Assembly (NCBI GenBank): GCA_963775465.1 | Contig: CAVZIW010000001.1 | Location: 320,001-384,000, forward strand | Length of the DNA: 64,000 nucleotides | Source of the DNA: Candidatus Bathyarchaeota archaeon | Lineage (GTDB): Archaea; Thermoproteota; Bathyarchaeia; Bathyarchaeales; Bathycorpusculaceae | Direction of reading: 5' to 3' | Shown: piece after piece, positions 1 through 12,307 of the stretch | How positions within the stretch are numbered: the stretch's first letter is position 1 | How the letters are laid out: each line of letters starts with the position of its first letter | Position numbers and translations under genes: made by a program | The notes under the pieces: model-generated | Database searches by the model: none | Seen by the model: the letters and a program-made list of their open reading frames with translations, nothing else | What the model was told of the DNA's origin: nothing

Positions 1-1409
1 AAGTAGGCGAAGGAGAAGGAGTCACAGAAGGACTCGGAGAAGGCGAAGGAGAAGGAGTCACAGAAGGACTCGGAGAAGGAGAAGGCGAAGGAGTCACAGA
101 AGGACTCGGAGAAGGAGAAGGAGAAGGAGTCACAGAAGGACTCGGAGAAGGCGAAGGAGAAGGAGTCACAGAAGGACTCGGAGAAGGCGAAGGAGAAGGA
201 GTCACAGAAGGACTCGGAGAAGGCGAAGGAGAAGGAGTCACAGAAGGACTCGGAGAAGGCGAAGGAGAAGGAGTCACAGAAGGACTCGGAGAAGGCGAAG
301 GAGAAGGAGTCACAGAAGGACTCGGAGAAGGCGAAGGAGAAGGAGTCACAGAAGGACTCGGAGAAGGCGAAGGAGAAGGAGTCACAGAAGGACTCGGAGA
401 AGGCGAAGGAGAAGGAGTCACAGAAGGACTCGGAGAAGGCGAAGGAGAAGGAGTCACAGAAGGACTCGGAGAAGGCAGAAGGAGAAGGAGTCACAGAAGG
501 ACTCGGAGAAGGCGAAGGAGAAGGAGTCACAGAAGGACTCGGAGAAGGCGAAGGAGAAGGAGTCACAGAAGGACTCGGAGAAGGCGAAGGAGAAGGAGTC
601 ACAGAAGGACTCGGAGAAGGCGAAGCAAGATTAAGCGCTTGATTAACTGTTAAGATTTGTGCACCAGAAGTTTTTGCATAATCTAAGAACGATGCAAAAT
701 CATCTATACTAATGCCGCCATACTGAATAGCTGTTTGTGTATTCACAACGTTATGAATATAAAAAATGGACCATTCGTTATTTCTTACTGTTCGGTCAAT
801 CCAATTTTTTAGTGTCGGAAGCAAGTTTGGATATTGCGCACCTGAAGATTCACTATCTATACCAGGTAACTGGAATGGATGATTATCGACGGTTATAGGA
901 GTATAAAATACTATGCGGGAAGAACGGTAATACTGGGAAACAATTGTGTCGGCGTGACTAAAATCTCCTGTACCAAAAGGATAAGCTAAGTTGTTCACAG
1001 TTAACCCATAAGACTCTAAAGTTGCTTTAGAACCTACACATTCAAATCTAATTTGCTCATCGGTTAAAGTGTTGAAATTGCTGTGGGTTACACCGTGACT
1101 GGCAATTTCGTTCCCAGCGCTTTGCATTTGCAGTAGTTCAGAAGGGCTTATTTGGTTAAACTGATGATAGGGATCATTGGCAACGTTTGTTGGAATATAG
1201 AATGTTCCCACAATACCTCTGTTCTGCATCATCGGAAATGCAACGGTGTATTGGTTACGTGTTCCATCATCGAAAGTAATTGAAATTACACCATGGTTTT
1301 CTTCTGACCTAACTATGCTTCCCAAAAAAGATAAGAAAAAGATTAAACAAAGTAATACAACAGCCAGATATTTTTTGTTCAATCCAAGAAATCTAAAATC
1401 GATATTCAA
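1..1409 (-). CDS. Secreted polysaccharide deacetylase (CE4/NodB) with Pro/Ser-rich repeat stalk; runs off window edge
   Basis: Not in ORF track. Manual translation from TTG 1409 gives [65 protein letters not shown], which are NodB motifs. It is followed by ([12 protein letters not shown])n, with a +1 base at 477. Confidence 0.88.
   Translation of the reverse strand, partial: MNIDFRFLGLNKKYLAVVLLCLIFFLSFLGSIVRSEENHGVISITFDDGTRNQYTVAFPMMQNRGIVGTFYIPTNVANDPYHQFNQISPSELLQMQSAGNEIASHGVTHSNFNTLTDEQIRFECVGSKATLESYGLTVNNLAYPFGTGDFSHADTIVSQYYRSSRIVFYTPITVDNHPFQLPGIDSESSGAQYPNLLPTLKNWIDRTVRNNEWSIFYIHNVVNTQTAIQYGGISIDDFASFLDYAKTSGAQILTVNQALNLASPSPSPSVTPSPSPSPSPSVTPSPSPSPSPSVTPSPSPSPSPSVTPSPSAFSESFCDSFSFAFSESFCDSFSFAFSESFCDSFSFAFSESFCDSFSFAFSESFCDSFSFAFSESFCDSFSFAFSESFCDSFSFAFSESFCDSFSFAFSESFCDSFSFAFSESFCDSFSFSFSESFCDSFAFSFSESFCDSFSFAFSESFCDSFSFAY
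5..625. repeat. 36-bp coding tandem repeat, about 17 copies
   Basis: Unit GAAGGAGAAGGAGTCACAGAAGGACTCGGAGAAGGC, nearly identical copies with no spacers. Encodes [12 protein letters not shown] on the minus strand. Confidence 0.95.
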
Positions 1410-1499
1410 ATTTCCTTTACCAAAGGGTAAACACTCATGGTTAGGTATAAACCTAATTACCAATTTTGATAATAAGCCCGCGTAGAGCCGTCAAGCGAT

Positions 1500-2540
1500 T
1501 TAATTGTTTTTATTTAGTTTAATTACTCTATAAATATATCCGTAATCTATTGTCGCGGTATTTTCAAGTATAAATTTATGGTTCGGATCAAAGTTTATCT
1601 GCCAAAATTCACATTTACGGCAAATAGAATCATTCGGAAAAGCATTCTTTATTGCCGCTAAACGCAAAGCCTGATATTTAGGACCAAGCCAGATCTTTTT
1701 TAAAGATTCTTTTTTAGCATCTCCCAATTCCATTTTAAAAACATAGTCCAAGCAACAACCTGTTACTTTTCCATCCCAGCTAATTGCCATCGTTTCAAAT
1801 GGGAAAGAACAAAATGCAGGAGGCGCTCTCATTCTAAACTTGCCACTAATTTCAGACTTGTTCTCCCAAGTATTATCAGGTAAGATTGAAGGTATCAACG
1901 TTATCGAATCAACAAATTGAACCCATTCCCGATATACATCCAATTCTTGCTCTTCAGTCTTGCCATAATCACAAGTGCTCAAATGTATTTCAGGTTTTTT
2001 AGCACTACCACGTTTCTTAATTAGATATTTAATATTCTGCTCAATAGTGGGGTAGCTGGCGCCAATTCTTATTTTGTCATTAACTTCACCTACACCATCA
2101 ATACTAAAACCAATTGAATCAACTTTAAGGTCAACTACTAAATCTGACATAGCTTGATTGAAAAGCATACCGTTATCAATCCAAGAGACTGATCTTATTT
2201 TTCCTTGATCGCGTTTTATGATAGCATATTTTAAAAACTGTTTGAAGTCAGGATGAATTAGACTCTCTCCTCCAAAATGCAAATATAAGTTTTCAACCCC
2301 CATTTCAGATAGCTGATCTACACAGGCTTCAAACATTTTTCTAGACATGTAACCGGTTGTCTGCTTCAATTTTGAATAAATACACATTTTACATTGTAAG
2401 TTGCACTTGTTTGTTACCTCTAAGTAAGCGTTTTTCAGATCAGGGTAAACCATTTTCCGAAGCAAACTATTCTTGTAGATAAAAGGAAGAATAATATTCT
2501 TAAGCCGACCAAACACAGGTTTAGTACGCATAGAATCCAT
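1500..2540 (-). CDS. Radical SAM/SPASM domain protein
   Basis: CNLQCKMC (CxxxCxxC), GGES motif, C-terminal CSFPF..GCC..CRKC SPASM cysteines. Confidence 0.9.
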   Translation of the reverse strand: MDSMRTKPVFGRLKNIILPFIYKNSLLRKMVYPDLKNAYLEVTNKCNLQCKMCIYSKLKQTTGYMSRKMFEACVDQLSEMGVENLYLHFGGESLIHPDFKQFLKYAIIKRDQGKIRSVSWIDNGMLFNQAMSDLVVDLKVDSIGFSIDGVGEVNDKIRIGASYPTIEQNIKYLIKKRGSAKKPEIHLSTCDYGKTEEQELDVYREWVQFVDSITLIPSILPDNTWENKSEISGKFRMRAPPAFCSFPFETMAISWDGKVTGCCLDYVFKMELGDAKKESLKKIWLGPKYQALRLAAIKNAFPNDSICRKCEFWQINFDPNHKFILENTATIDYGYIYRVIKLNKNN

Positions 2541-2732
2541 CTAGTTATAATTTAATAGTTGCTTCTTTCTTAATAACTTATATTCCGAAAATGAAAGTTT
2601 TGCTTGATCCCATTAGTATGTCTCGCTTGAGTTCTCATTTTTTATGAATTATTATTTTTTTCAAAAATTGTATTTTTTAATAAATGTGGTTTCTGGAGAG
2701 TATGAATAGAAGCAAAATAGCAAATGCTTAAT

Positions 2733-3695
2733 TTAGGAATCAAGTTTAGCTGATCCGTAATGCAGTTTAAATCGACGAAGCTCAAACTCATTTATCAAGT
2801 CCCATTTAAGTAGACCTGAGCCTTCTCTTAGAAGCCACCTACCTATTTCTCTATAGCAAAGCAGTCGGTCTGACAAATCTAATGACACGCGATTTACGGA
2901 TTTGAAATATTCTAAACAATTTTTCCAATGTGGTAGGACAATGATAGCATTGCTTCTTTTTCCTGTCCACCAGGCTAACTGCTTTCTATAATCTTGAAAG
3001 GCCATTATTTTTGAATAATAAACATTTGTGTATGCTTGTGGATGGTCTCTTCTGAAAAAAAGGTGTTCAGGAATTTCGTAAATGCGACCTAATAGACTTA
3101 GTTCAGCTAGTAAGTTCCTATCAGCATCAAGGTATTTTCCATGCAATGGAGTTTTCCTTAAACAACTTGAGCGCATAAGAGCGTGAATTGCCCAGCATGT
3201 GTTCCTCGGACTAATCATATCGCTAAAACGTTCATTTATTTTGTTGGAACTAATTTTGGTTAATGTTCTGTCATCGTAATTGCCTATTAACCTACCATTT
3301 TCATCAATGCGGCTTACTTTTGAATGACATAAAACAACAGAGGGGTCAGTGTCAAGAACATTTACACATTTTTTCAAATACTCTGGAGATAGTACATCAT
3401 CGTAAGCTGCCCACTTGAAATAATTACCGGATGATAACTTAAAAGACAGGTTATAATTCTCAGGTCCACCCAGATTTATTTTATTACGATAATATCGAAT
3501 ACGATTATCTTCTTCAGCGTATTTGCGACAAATCTGCTGGGTCTTATCTGTTGATGCATTGTCGGAAATTATCAACTCGAAGTCTGTATATGTCTGAGAA
3601 AGAATCGAATCTACTGCTTCGTTAAGATATTTTTCACCGTTGAAAACAGGAAGACCTATACTTACAGAGGGTTTGACAACATTCATCTTAGACAC
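2733..3695 (-). CDS. Glycosyltransferase family 2
   Basis: VSIGLPVFNGE..ISDNASTD..WAAYDD GT-A motifs. Confidence 0.92.
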   Translation of the reverse strand: MSKMNVVKPSVSIGLPVFNGEKYLNEAVDSILSQTYTDFELIISDNASTDKTQQICRKYAEEDNRIRYYRNKINLGGPENYNLSFKLSSGNYFKWAAYDDVLSPEYLKKCVNVLDTDPSVVLCHSKVSRIDENGRLIGNYDDRTLTKISSNKINERFSDMISPRNTCWAIHALMRSSCLRKTPLHGKYLDADRNLLAELSLLGRIYEIPEHLFFRRDHPQAYTNVYYSKIMAFQDYRKQLAWWTGKRSNAIIVLPHWKNCLEYFKSVNRVSLDLSDRLLCYREIGRWLLREGSGLLKWDLINEFELRRFKLHYGSAKLDS

Positions 3696-3789
3696 CTAAA
3701 GTGTTTTTTATTTGACAACAAATTGAAAAAAAATAATTCCTTTTTCTTTATGTTGCAGAGTATAATTGAATTAGGGTAATTTTGAAAAA

Positions 3790-4692
3790 CTATGTAATCT
3801 TTTCAAAAACAGCAATAAATTTTACATAGCATGAAGGATTTACTTCTTTTTCGTTAGTTAGAAATAGAAGGCTTAATTCTAGGTCGCCCAAATTATCCCT
3901 TATCCTTTTTGTGAAATGGGCAACATCGTAGAATCTTCCATGTCGATTCCCGTAACCTAATGTTGCATATAACAGTGCATCATCCTCAAAATCTAAGCTC
4001 TTTCGAAATAGCACAGAAGGGTCAGTTTGAATTGCATATTTATTGAAGAGATATAAAGGAATTATACAAAGCTTACCGCCCTTGCAAAGAACTCGGCTTG
4101 CTTCTTTAACAAATCTAATATCAGCGTCTTGTTCGAAATGTTCGAAGGAGCAATGCAAAGCCATTTTTGATGCACACCCATTTATAAGCGGCAAATTTCC
4201 AGCGTCTCCAATAATCATGTTACTTTTTGTTTCCTTCGAAGAGACTAAATCTATCCTGTATGTTTTGCAAGAAAAGACATTTCGATATATTTCAGCTACT
4301 GGTGAACTTGAGCTTGCCACATCGATGTAAATATCTTTGAATGATAAATCTAAAAGTTTAGCGGCCAGATAATGTTCTAAGGATTTTTCTACAATATTAT
4401 GCGCGTAAAATGGATAATTGCTGTAATTTGCTTTTTCCATGTAACGTTGATAGTCATTAATATCAACAGATATGTCAGTTATAGTGTATCCGCTCTTTTG
4501 TAACTCCTGTTTGATCGCAGCTTGAATTTTGACATCATGCGGAATTTGCCCTTTTACTTTTGGTTCCCTTAGTCTTAACCAAGAATATTCTCCTTTCAAT
4601 CTTATCTTGGCAGTATAGAGTTTTATCTTAAACTTTTCAGCTAAATTCAAATTAATTTCACTCATTTTTCTACGAATTACTCTTATACTCAA
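3790..4692 (-). CDS. Class I SAM-dependent methyltransferase-like protein
   Basis: YIDVAS, GDAGNLPL, SFEHF, SRVLCKGGKL motifs. Confidence 0.75.
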   Translation of the reverse strand: MSIRVIRRKMSEINLNLAEKFKIKLYTAKIRLKGEYSWLRLREPKVKGQIPHDVKIQAAIKQELQKSGYTITDISVDINDYQRYMEKANYSNYPFYAHNIVEKSLEHYLAAKLLDLSFKDIYIDVASSSSPVAEIYRNVFSCKTYRIDLVSSKETKSNMIIGDAGNLPLINGCASKMALHCSFEHFEQDADIRFVKEASRVLCKGGKLCIIPLYLFNKYAIQTDPSVLFRKSLDFEDDALLYATLGYGNRHGRFYDVAHFTKRIRDNLGDLELSLLFLTNEKEVNPSCYVKFIAVFEKIT

Positions 4693-4694
4693 CT

Positions 4695-5909
4695 TTAAAA
4701 GAAGACATCAGTCGTCTTTTTTAGCTCCTTCTGCTGCTTATCAGCCAATGATATAGCCGTTTTCCTGTTTTGAATACCCATTTTTGTTATCTCTTCTCTT
4801 CCTAAAGCTACTAATTGTATTATTTTAGCCGCCAAGTCATAATAATCAAAATAAGAATATTCACACGGAAGAAAGTCGCCTCTAGCCCCGAATTTATCTG
4901 ACAAAACAACAAGTTCTGCAAGGGCATAATCATATTTTCTTTGGTTTGATCCGCCACCATGAATCCCAAGATTGATTCCAAACCACGACCTACTTAGAGT
5001 TTTTAGAAAGTCGGATCTACTTTCCAAATTAGAAAAATGTATTAGGTCTATATTTTTAGGGATTTTCTCCGGTTTCATGCCAATGACATAAACTCTAATG
5101 CTCTTACCAAAGCACGCCAAAGCCTTCAATACTTCTTCAAGCGTCTCAACAGCTAAAGAACCCCAATGGGCCCTCATTACTATACTTATGCTTGGTTCTT
5201 CATCTTTGGTTAAAAGAGAGATTTCTGACATAGGGTAAATATTTGGGTAAAAAATTGCTTCGTTAGCACCCATCTCAAGATACTTGAGCCTGTCTCTTTC
5301 GCTACAGGCGACTATCAAGTCAGGAATATCAATTGTTTTTTGCTCAAATTTTGCCATTATTTTAGATGTCGCCAAGCTGCACCCATAAAAGTCGCGAGCA
5401 ACGTCTGAAGTGACATAAATAACAGACCCAAACTTTTGAAGCAGCCGCAAGTCTACAGTTTTTAAGCTGAAAAACTCATCTACCAAAAAAATTTTCTTGG
5501 AGCTTGACCTTTCCAACAATTCCTTTAGGCCATCTGACTTTGAGGACCTCCCAAAATATTGATAGAGTACATTAAAAAGAGTTGTGACAAAACCGCCTGC
5601 ACGGATACGACCCTCAAGTTTCCCGTTAGTTAAACGCCTGACAAACCCATCATGCAGATCTTTGGGGCTTTTTAAAAAGTACAAGAAATAGTACATGAAT
5701 ATTCCGAATGTTGAAGAAGCTAATTCGATCTCATTGCCTGCACTTTTTTCATTAAATTGGTTTTTTCTGAAAACATGTATAAAACTAGCGTCATGATTTG
5801 ATTTTAAAATCCTTGCAATAAAATCTGCTTTAAGCGAAATATCTGTACCATCTCTAATGATAATTACTAATACCATTTTTCTGAGACCAACATTTGAAAT
5901 ATTATTCAT
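4695..5909 (-). CDS. Divergent GT-B-like glycosyltransferase / hypothetical
   Basis: 404-aa ORF in the glycan locus with GT4-like elements (DLIVACSERD, KYDYALA). Confidence 0.6.
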   Translation of the reverse strand: MNNISNVGLRKMVLVIIIRDGTDISLKADFIARILKSNHDASFIHVFRKNQFNEKSAGNEIELASSTFGIFMYYFLYFLKSPKDLHDGFVRRLTNGKLEGRIRAGGFVTTLFNVLYQYFGRSSKSDGLKELLERSSSKKIFLVDEFFSLKTVDLRLLQKFGSVIYVTSDVARDFYGCSLATSKIMAKFEQKTIDIPDLIVACSERDRLKYLEMGANEAIFYPNIYPMSEISLLTKDEEPSISIVMRAHWGSLAVETLEEVLKALACFGKSIRVYVIGMKPEKIPKNIDLIHFSNLESRSDFLKTLSRSWFGINLGIHGGGSNQRKYDYALAELVVLSDKFGARGDFLPCEYSYFDYYDLAAKIIQLVALGREEITKMGIQNRKTAISLADKQQKELKKTTDVFF

Positions 5910-6018
5910 TTCATACTGAATAAAGTGGTTTACTACAAAATAAATATCCTTTGAAACTAGTGCAAATTACCTAAAGCCAAATATATTAAAACATGAAGCA
6001 TGCTCAGGGTTTATCTTG

Positions 6019-8269
6019 TCAAGTATATGGCACTCGAAAATCTATTTCTCCGGCTCCATTCGAATAAATTTTATTTACAAAAGCATCCTGTGCTATTAAG
6101 AGCTGGAATTTGGCTAATATTAAAATGGAAGTCTACTTGAAAATCATAGGTTATAATTCCACTTATGCCATTAAACTCACTTAAGTAAATGTATGTAACG
6201 TTTGAATCAAAAGAAAAAGTGTTCTCGTGACGAATATAGGTCCCTTCAGCAACAGTTCCACTCGTGGTATTGGATAATATGAGCAACATACTTCTATCTA
6301 TTGTACTGTAACTATTCAAAACAAGGTCTAGAGACCCTCTATCACTAAACGTCCATTTTGATTCAATATCTCCATATCTTGAAATCCATGCAGCGCTAAA
6401 TACATCTCTTTCATGAATCAACCCATAAGAATTTTCCATTTTGCTTTTGCTTAAAGTAATTGAGGAAGGAATAGGATCATTGGTAACCTCGTAAACAAGT
6501 CCAGTTTGGAATAGGAAAAACGGAATCAATATTATTAAAGTCAATAGAAAACCGTAGTTCTTTTTTGTCTGTTCTGAGCTTACATTTGGAAAATTGTTTT
6601 GTGTAGATCGGCGTAATCGAGAAAATATCTTATAAACCGCAACAGTTCCTAAAACAAAGAGAGGTGCCAGAAACATAAGTATGATTTCATATAACCTTCC
6701 GAGTTCGAGCAACCCTGAAAAACGAGGAAGAACTACGGCAGAAATAAGCAAAACCAAACTTGCGAAAATGATCGAAAAGAATGTGGAGTCAAATTCTTTT
6801 TTTCGCCATTTGACTAATAATGAAATAAAACCAACCAGAATGAAAAGTACTGTAAGGTCATAAATTATTGTTCCTGCATAGTGCATTGTACTTGGTCTTG
6901 ATACGAGTCCAATTGCAGCTTGGACATCGCCGCCTCGAGCTGCTGACGAGAAAAATTCTGATAAGAAACTGCTAACAGTTGTCTGAATAACCCCGATAAA
7001 TTTAGAGAAGGGTCCTCCTGCGCCATAGGAAGCTTGAACTACAAATATATACCATAAGAACGTGAAACATAATGGGAATATAATAAATGTTGAACGAATT
7101 TTCGTAACAGCAGTCTTCCAAAAGACTTTTCCCCCAAGCCATGCAAAGACAATAAAAAACAAAAACATGAAATTCATTGAATAGTGCGAAACCAGCAAAC
7201 CAAAGAAGGCAATAATGAAGACGGCCCATTTACGGCCACCTTTAATCTCCCTGCTGAATAGAAGCAAGAACAGCATTATGAAAAATAACTCAGCAATCAT
7301 TTGTTTGACTTCGGATAGAATTAGCGTGAAGAACGCATAATTCGATACAAAGAAAATTACTGAGAGAAAAGCAATTTTTTCGCTCCAATATTGCTTGTAC
7401 AATAAGTACAAACCGAGTGGAAGTAGGGAAAAAAGAACAAGATATACAATTTTAAATATCCAGCCAGGATCAATATTCAACAAATTTGATAATACAGTAG
7501 GAAGAACAGTTATACTTAGCATGGCATTATCTGAAGATTGCTGGTAATTTGCGTTATTTTGTAGGTTCCAGAAAGAAGAGTTCTTTGTAGAAATAAAAGT
7601 GTTATATTCACTCTGAATGTCTGCACCATACTGATAATTTGAAATTAGAGTTTGACTTAATAAAAGAGCAATTGTTATTGAAAGTATAATCAAAGGATAG
7701 TAAAATGAGATTCTTGAAGATATATAAGAACTGAGAACGCCTAATACAACGATCGCTGCAATGGCGATTATTATGGAAACTGAAAGAAGATTGTTATTGT
7801 ATTCTCTAATTAATAATACTCCAACCATACTCAAAATTGGAAGAGCGAAAAGAGATAACAAGGGCCATAATTTTACGCCCTTTAAATCTAAGGGCGCCAG
7901 AGTTCTATTTTTAAGATAATCAACGATAATCAGTACAAAAACAGTTACATTAACTATTATTGCCATTGGCACAGTTGACAAAGGATTTAAAACAAGCTGT
8001 AAAGTTCCTAAGCTATTTATCAAAACTCCAACAAGCGATAAAAAGGCTACACTTAAACCTACAGAAAAAAGAACAGTTTCTACAATATTACTATGTCTTA
8101 TACCAAATAGACGCAGAAGAAGAAAACCAGGAATAATTGAAAAAAAAATGAACCCTAGAACCTGACGAACGAATGGAATATCAAAAACCAGTGAGATAAT
8201 GACTACTACCTGTATTGAAAGCAAATACGTCAATACAGAGAGATTTCTTTTTTCCATCCAATTTAGCAC
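6019..8269 (-). CDS. DUF2206-like polytopic membrane protein (apparent +1 frameshift near C-terminus)
   Basis: Many TM segments plus GADIQSEY and SHYS motifs. Removing one C at 6087/6088 restores the terminal ..NKIYSNGAGEIDFRVPYT*. Confidence 0.8.
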
Positions 8270-8340
8270 TCTATTTAGATAAGGTTAATTCAAGCTCTTA
8301 AAAATCAATACCAAAAATATTCATTGTTGATCTTTAAATG

Positions 8341-9534
8341 CTAAGATAGCGATTGTTTTTCCATTCTACACTTAATCTCCTGCAACCAGTCTCCAAACAA
8401 TTTGTCCCAATCATAATCTTGAACATAGCTTAACCCTTTTTTATGAAAGTCTTCCCAAATTCTTCTATTTGTTATCAACGTTTCAGTTTTTTGAACAAAT
8501 TCGTCAACATCCCATTCTATCGCAAATCCACTATCACTATCTCGCAAAATTTTTCCAATATTACCAATATCTGTGGCGACTATAGGTAGACCTGCAGCCA
8601 TGTAATCAAATAACTTTAAAGGTGAAGCAAATGCTGCTGCCTTACCTGGTTTGAAGGTTGCTAATCCAACACTGGATTTACACAAAAATTTTGCCATTTC
8701 GTTATAAGGAAGTTTACCTGTAAAAGAAATTGAATTCTCTAAAGACAGACTTCTAACAAGGTCTTCCAACTCAATCTGCATCGTTCCCGAACCTACTATT
8801 TTCATTGTTATCCCAGGAATTTTCTTTCTTAACAATGCAAAACCTTTAATCGCTACATCAAGACCACACCATTCAACAATAGAACCTGCATAAATAAGAG
8901 ATAAATCTCGACACAGTTCTTGAGATTTCTTGAAGTATTTTAGGTCTGCTCCATTTGGAATAACAATACAATTCGAATTTCGCAAAAGAGCTCTTTTTTG
9001 AAGGGACCAACTTACTGAAACTACAAGATTCGCCTGTTTTAGAGCAGCATCTTCCAACATGGAGATAAATTTGCTTCGAGTCTGTCCAGCCTGTAGGTCT
9101 TCGAAGAAATCTAGGTTTTCGTAGACAAAAAAAGTTTTTGATTTTTTATTGGCTGCCCGAGCAATAAAAGCGCTAATTGGGTCTGTTGCAACCACAACGT
9201 TGTAATCGAGAGATTTGCTGATAAATTTGAATAATAAAAAATCTAAAAGTGAAAATACTACGTGCATCAATGCACTTGAATTGCCATTGTTAGAACCAAC
9301 TGTCGGCATGGAAGGAAAATGTATTATTTTGTTAGATGAAATTGACGCTCTTGATGGGAATAAGAAAATGTTCTTCAAAAATCTGATAATGCTCTGATTT
9401 TCATGACGGAAACTGAGGTCAAATATTTTGGTATCTATATTTTTTTTATCTAGAAAACGAATCAAGTATTGAACTCTGTGTGTCATGTGACCTAAATCAA
9501 TTGATAAAAGTAATATCTTTAGATCCATATGCAA
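8341..9534 (-). CDS. Glycosyltransferase family 4
   Basis: IPNGAD, YAGS, SPLKLFDYMAAGLPIVATD. Confidence 0.92.
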   Translation of the reverse strand: MHMDLKILLLSIDLGHMTHRVQYLIRFLDKKNIDTKIFDLSFRHENQSIIRFLKNIFLFPSRASISSNKIIHFPSMPTVGSNNGNSSALMHVVFSLLDFLLFKFISKSLDYNVVVATDPISAFIARAANKKSKTFFVYENLDFFEDLQAGQTRSKFISMLEDAALKQANLVVSVSWSLQKRALLRNSNCIVIPNGADLKYFKKSQELCRDLSLIYAGSIVEWCGLDVAIKGFALLRKKIPGITMKIVGSGTMQIELEDLVRSLSLENSISFTGKLPYNEMAKFLCKSSVGLATFKPGKAAAFASPLKLFDYMAAGLPIVATDIGNIGKILRDSDSGFAIEWDVDEFVQKTETLITNRRIWEDFHKKGLSYVQDYDWDKLFGDWLQEIKCRMEKQSLS

Positions 9535-9618
9535 GGTTCTCCAGGCAGTAATTATTTTTAGTCAAAGAGTATTCGATTTTTTTCAGAATAAGAAAACAAG
9601 TACATTCTAATTTTTATT

Positions 9619-10720
9619 TTAATTTCTTGCTAAATGTGCATTTAGGAGGCCAATGAATTGTTTCGAGAAATTATTCTCGCTGAACTTTTCAGCAAATAGT
9701 GAGAGCTCTGTTCGCCTGTAATGGAGACCAAGAATCAATTGCTTTTTCCAACTTTAACACAGCATCTTCTATATTTCTAAACCGAAATTTTTCTGGGACG
9801 AATTCTCTTGGCCCCCCCGAATCATGCACAATGGGAATACAACCTAATGACATAGCCTCTATTATTGCGATGCCAAAATGCTCTTTTTCCTTTGTATGCA
9901 GAAAAACTTTGGAATTTAATAGTATTTCTTTTGTTTGTTCTCTGGTCAGGTTGGTTAATACTTTTACTCTATCAGATACCTTAAGATCTCTAATTAAATT
10001 AATGAGAGAAATCAGAACTTTTCTTGAGCTGAGAAGCCCTGCGATTGTAAATGAAATATTTTTACTTGCTAGTTTGGCAATGTAGGGAATTATTTGCAGA
10101 TTTTTTTCGGCAGATATGCGAGCGATGATTGCCACGTTATTACATCGGGGCTTGTGCAAGTTTGCCATGGCGGTTGTTAATGTTTGATTTGGAAATGACG
10201 GATATAATACTGGCACATCTACACCGAATTCGGCTCTAGCAGCTTGAGCCGTAAACTTGCTATTTGCTAAGATTAACTTCTCAGCATTTTTGATCTTATT
10301 AGAAATTAAAGAGTGTTGATAAGGTGAAAAGAAAAGTTTATTTCGCCAGTAAGACAGCCCTTGCTTTACACTTGTTAACAATGGAAAATGAATATAAGCA
10401 ATGTCGGCTCCAGGAAGAATTGCATTTGAGTAGGTGTCGATTAAAACCTCGCACTTTGCTTTTAAAACCATTGATCTCAGCGCATCAACATATAAATTAT
10501 GAGGATCAGTCTGAGAAAAAAACCTTAACGGGAAAATTAACTGTTGATCCACAGAGACTTTTCTATCAAAAATATGAGCAACCTTTTCCTGATTGATTGG
10601 ACTGTCAGACAAAAGGATTACTTCGTGTCCTTGCTGTTTTAAAGCACTAATAATGTTTAGCGCTACCCATTCTGCTCCACCACACAAATTTATTGAGGGA
10701 GAAAAAACACCAACTATCAT
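9619..10720 (-). CDS. Glycosyltransferase family 4 (Alg11-like EHFG motif; apparent +1 frameshift)
   Basis: GGAEWV, ANSKFT, EHFGIAIIEAM, HDSGGP. Removing one A at 9694-9696 gives the tail AEKFSENNFSKQF..ARN*. Confidence 0.88.
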
Positions 10721-10969
10721 GTTTTCGCCAAAGCTATATTGTTATTCTATTAAGTATTGGGAAGTTATACGACCGTTCTTTGAATAGCGGATACTTTAAG
10801 AGAAAAATAAATACATATTGAAGAGTTTATGCTTCAATTCATAAATCATTTTTGCAATTAAGAATAATATTTTGTTGAACCGTTTGTGCAATAAAGGTTT
10901 GAAATTTTTTTGCATTCAATACATTAAAATCTTATCAAATAGTTGGTCAAGTACGTTATGTTATTTTTT

Positions 10970-12157
10970 TTAAGGATAACTTGATGCATGAATGGCTGAA
11001 ATCTGCGCGTTCATTTCGCTTGGAACACCGAGTCCTGCCCAAAGATTAAAGCTGATTCCATAATGTGCGCTTTGATTTATTATAGCTACAAGCCAACGCT
11101 GTTGAAGACTCGGAGTATATCCTGAATCTACCCATGCGAAGGATTCACCTGCATAACATCTTGTAGCACCCAGCGCATTAACACATGGAGCAATCCAAGC
11201 ATCCGCATACCACTGAGCCGTTCCTTCAGGAGTTTGTGGATAACCTGAATGATAATCCCATGATGGATTTTCAAAATAGTATGGATGAAGAATATCAAAG
11301 ACAACATTTGGTTCGTTTTGTATTCCTGTTTTAAGAAGGTCCGGCAACCATTGAGACGCAAAATCATAATCTAATTGCCCTGTTGGAAACATAACAACTC
11401 TATCAGGATCAATAGCGTGGATAGCCCTTGTTAATTTTGCCCAATGACTAACAATCCAAGCTGATGAATGACCGTTATGAATTCCGGGATACATTTCATT
11501 AAAAATCTCAAAAGCAGCAATCCTGCTATCACCTTTGTAATAAGAAGTCATGTCAAGCCATTTATTCCACCAAGCAGTGCTATCCCAATACGTGTCTCCA
11601 TAATCAAAGTTCGCAATGATAACTTTGCCATCAACGCTGCTAAAGAGTTCAAGCACACGATCAAAAGCAGCATAGCCCATTATGCTATGGTCAATAACCA
11701 TGTGAGGATTAAATGTGAAACCTAACCTTGTTACAGAATATCCATTAAAGTAAGTCGACCATGCATACCAGGGTTTTGTAACACCACCATTGGTATAGGT
11801 ATTTGTCCAATCGTTTGCACTGTTTGCATTAGGATTTGTAACCCCATAAATTAAAAGATAGTCAGCGCCGAGCCCAGTGAAGGCAAACATTGATTCTGGG
11901 TTTGGAGTTGGCGTATTTATAGGAATCTGAACTTCATCAGTCCACGGATCAGAAGAAGATCCATCAGATGGAGAATTTGGATATAGAATCAATCCGCCAG
12001 ACGAAAAAGAAGTGGATAACTGAACTTGAGCATCTGCAGTGACATTAATTGATCCGATAATTTGTTCTTCAATGTTAATAGAGAGAACAACAAATGTTAT
12101 TAAAAGAATCAACCATTTTTTATTGACCACTATGTTGACCATTAGCCACCACTGCAA
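10970..12157 (-). CDS. Secreted GH5/clan-A-like glycoside hydrolase
   Basis: Signal-like N-terminus, AFEIFNEM (acid/base), DILHPYY, AGES (nucleophile). Confidence 0.75.
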   Translation of the reverse strand: MQWWLMVNIVVNKKWLILLITFVVLSINIEEQIIGSINVTADAQVQLSTSFSSGGLILYPNSPSDGSSSDPWTDEVQIPINTPTPNPESMFAFTGLGADYLLIYGVTNPNANSANDWTNTYTNGGVTKPWYAWSTYFNGYSVTRLGFTFNPHMVIDHSIMGYAAFDRVLELFSSVDGKVIIANFDYGDTYWDSTAWWNKWLDMTSYYKGDSRIAAFEIFNEMYPGIHNGHSSAWIVSHWAKLTRAIHAIDPDRVVMFPTGQLDYDFASQWLPDLLKTGIQNEPNVVFDILHPYYFENPSWDYHSGYPQTPEGTAQWYADAWIAPCVNALGATRCYAGESFAWVDSGYTPSLQQRWLVAIINQSAHYGISFNLWAGLGVPSEMNAQISAIHASSYP

Positions 12158-12307
12158 ATATTAAATATTAAGTATCAATATACAAGTCATGCATATAAAT
12201 TTGCTCTATTTCACAGAATACTGAAATAAAGCCTCACAAACTTATTAAATCTCAATTGAAGGAGTATCTGATTTCAAACAATCTGCTTGAGACTTAAAAT
12301 TTCTTTA

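Noticed and set aside
5-625. 36-bp repeats as a CRISPR array
   Set aside because: Head-to-tail copies with no unique spacers, in frame with a protein, and no cas genes in the window.
1246-1485. 79-aa plus-strand ORF
   Set aside because: Antisense shadow of the deacetylase N-terminus.
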